IMG/VR virus record: IMGVR_UViG_3300033997_000141
Coordinates: 21,535-85,534 of that record
DNA: 64,000 nucleotides
From: a virus
Strand: one strand, 5' to 3'
Shown in pieces: positions 63,738 to 64,000 of the stretch (positions within the stretch are counted from its first letter, which is position 1; every line of letters begins with the position of its first letter). Position numbers and translations under genes: made by a program. The notes under the pieces are model-generated. The model worked only from the letters and a program-made list of their open reading frames with translations. It was not told the origin of the DNA and did not search any database.

Positions 63738-63965
63738 TCAGAACTTGAAAGAGACCGGTGCGGCGCGTTCGGCGGCCGGTTCGATCCCGAGGTCATCGGC
63801 GGGGAGCAGTTCACACCACGCCTTTGTCCCACTGGCGCGCAGGTCGGAGGCGGCGCGGCTGCAATAGGCCAGCTCGCTGGGTGACGGGGCCACCCAGGAC
63901 TGGGTAACCTGCTCGCTGCAACGATCAGCCGCCACGCCGTCAATGACGGTCGGCGTGCATGACAT
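63738..63965 (-). CDS. Hypothetical protein
   Basis: 75-aa ORF. The true start may lie beyond the window edge. Confidence 0.4.
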   Translation of the reverse strand: MSCTPTVIDGVAADRCSEQVTQSWVAPSPSELAYCSRAASDLRASGTKAWCELLPADDLGIEPAAERAAPVSFKF

Positions 63966-64000
63966 GGAGACCAGCAGGGCGGCAAGCTTGCCGCCCCCGG

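Noticed and set aside
1-64000. Stop-codon reassignment, tRNA genes, integrase/repressor or phage RNA polymerase
   Set aside because: Genes tile densely under the standard code using all three stops. No cloverleaf, recombinase or RNAP motifs were recognised by eye. tRNAscan and HMM searches were not run, and the rest of the genome is outside the window.

Overview
This window looks like the interior of a GC-rich, tailed dsDNA phage genome with a lambda-like siphovirus tail tip. A Pseudomonas host is inferred from the tail fibre, fibre chaperone and Dcm families; this was not database-checked. The + strand (1-14399) carries the end of the tape measure gene, lambda M-L-K-I-J-type tail genes, a lower-GC tail fibre with chaperones and an unusually ordered lysis region. 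That region holds a lambda-R-type transglycosylase, two tail-tip-like genes, i-/o-spanins, a DUF5675-type peptidase and two holin-like genes. The - strand from 14416 to about 41600 is a nearly self-contained replication/recombination and nucleotide-metabolism module: SbcC/SbcD-like pair, ATP-dependent ligase, RecU-like resolvase, dNMP kinase, DEDD exonuclease, a full three-domain PolA, ThyX, MazG-like protein, SNF2-like helicase, AEP primase-helicase, Dda/RecD-like helicase, Nmad5-like protein and a C5 cytosine methyltransferase. The methyltransferase is split by a LAGLIDADG intein whose +1 residue is the catalytic Cys. From about 41600 to 61900 lie roughly 40 mostly small early-type hypothetical genes, including a 689-aa CxCC/YfaP-like protein with a 133-aa neighbour. 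A repeat-rich non-coding region follows at about 61.9-62.6 kb. I saw no head, terminase, integrase, tRNA or CRISPR features. All family assignments come from motifs read by eye.
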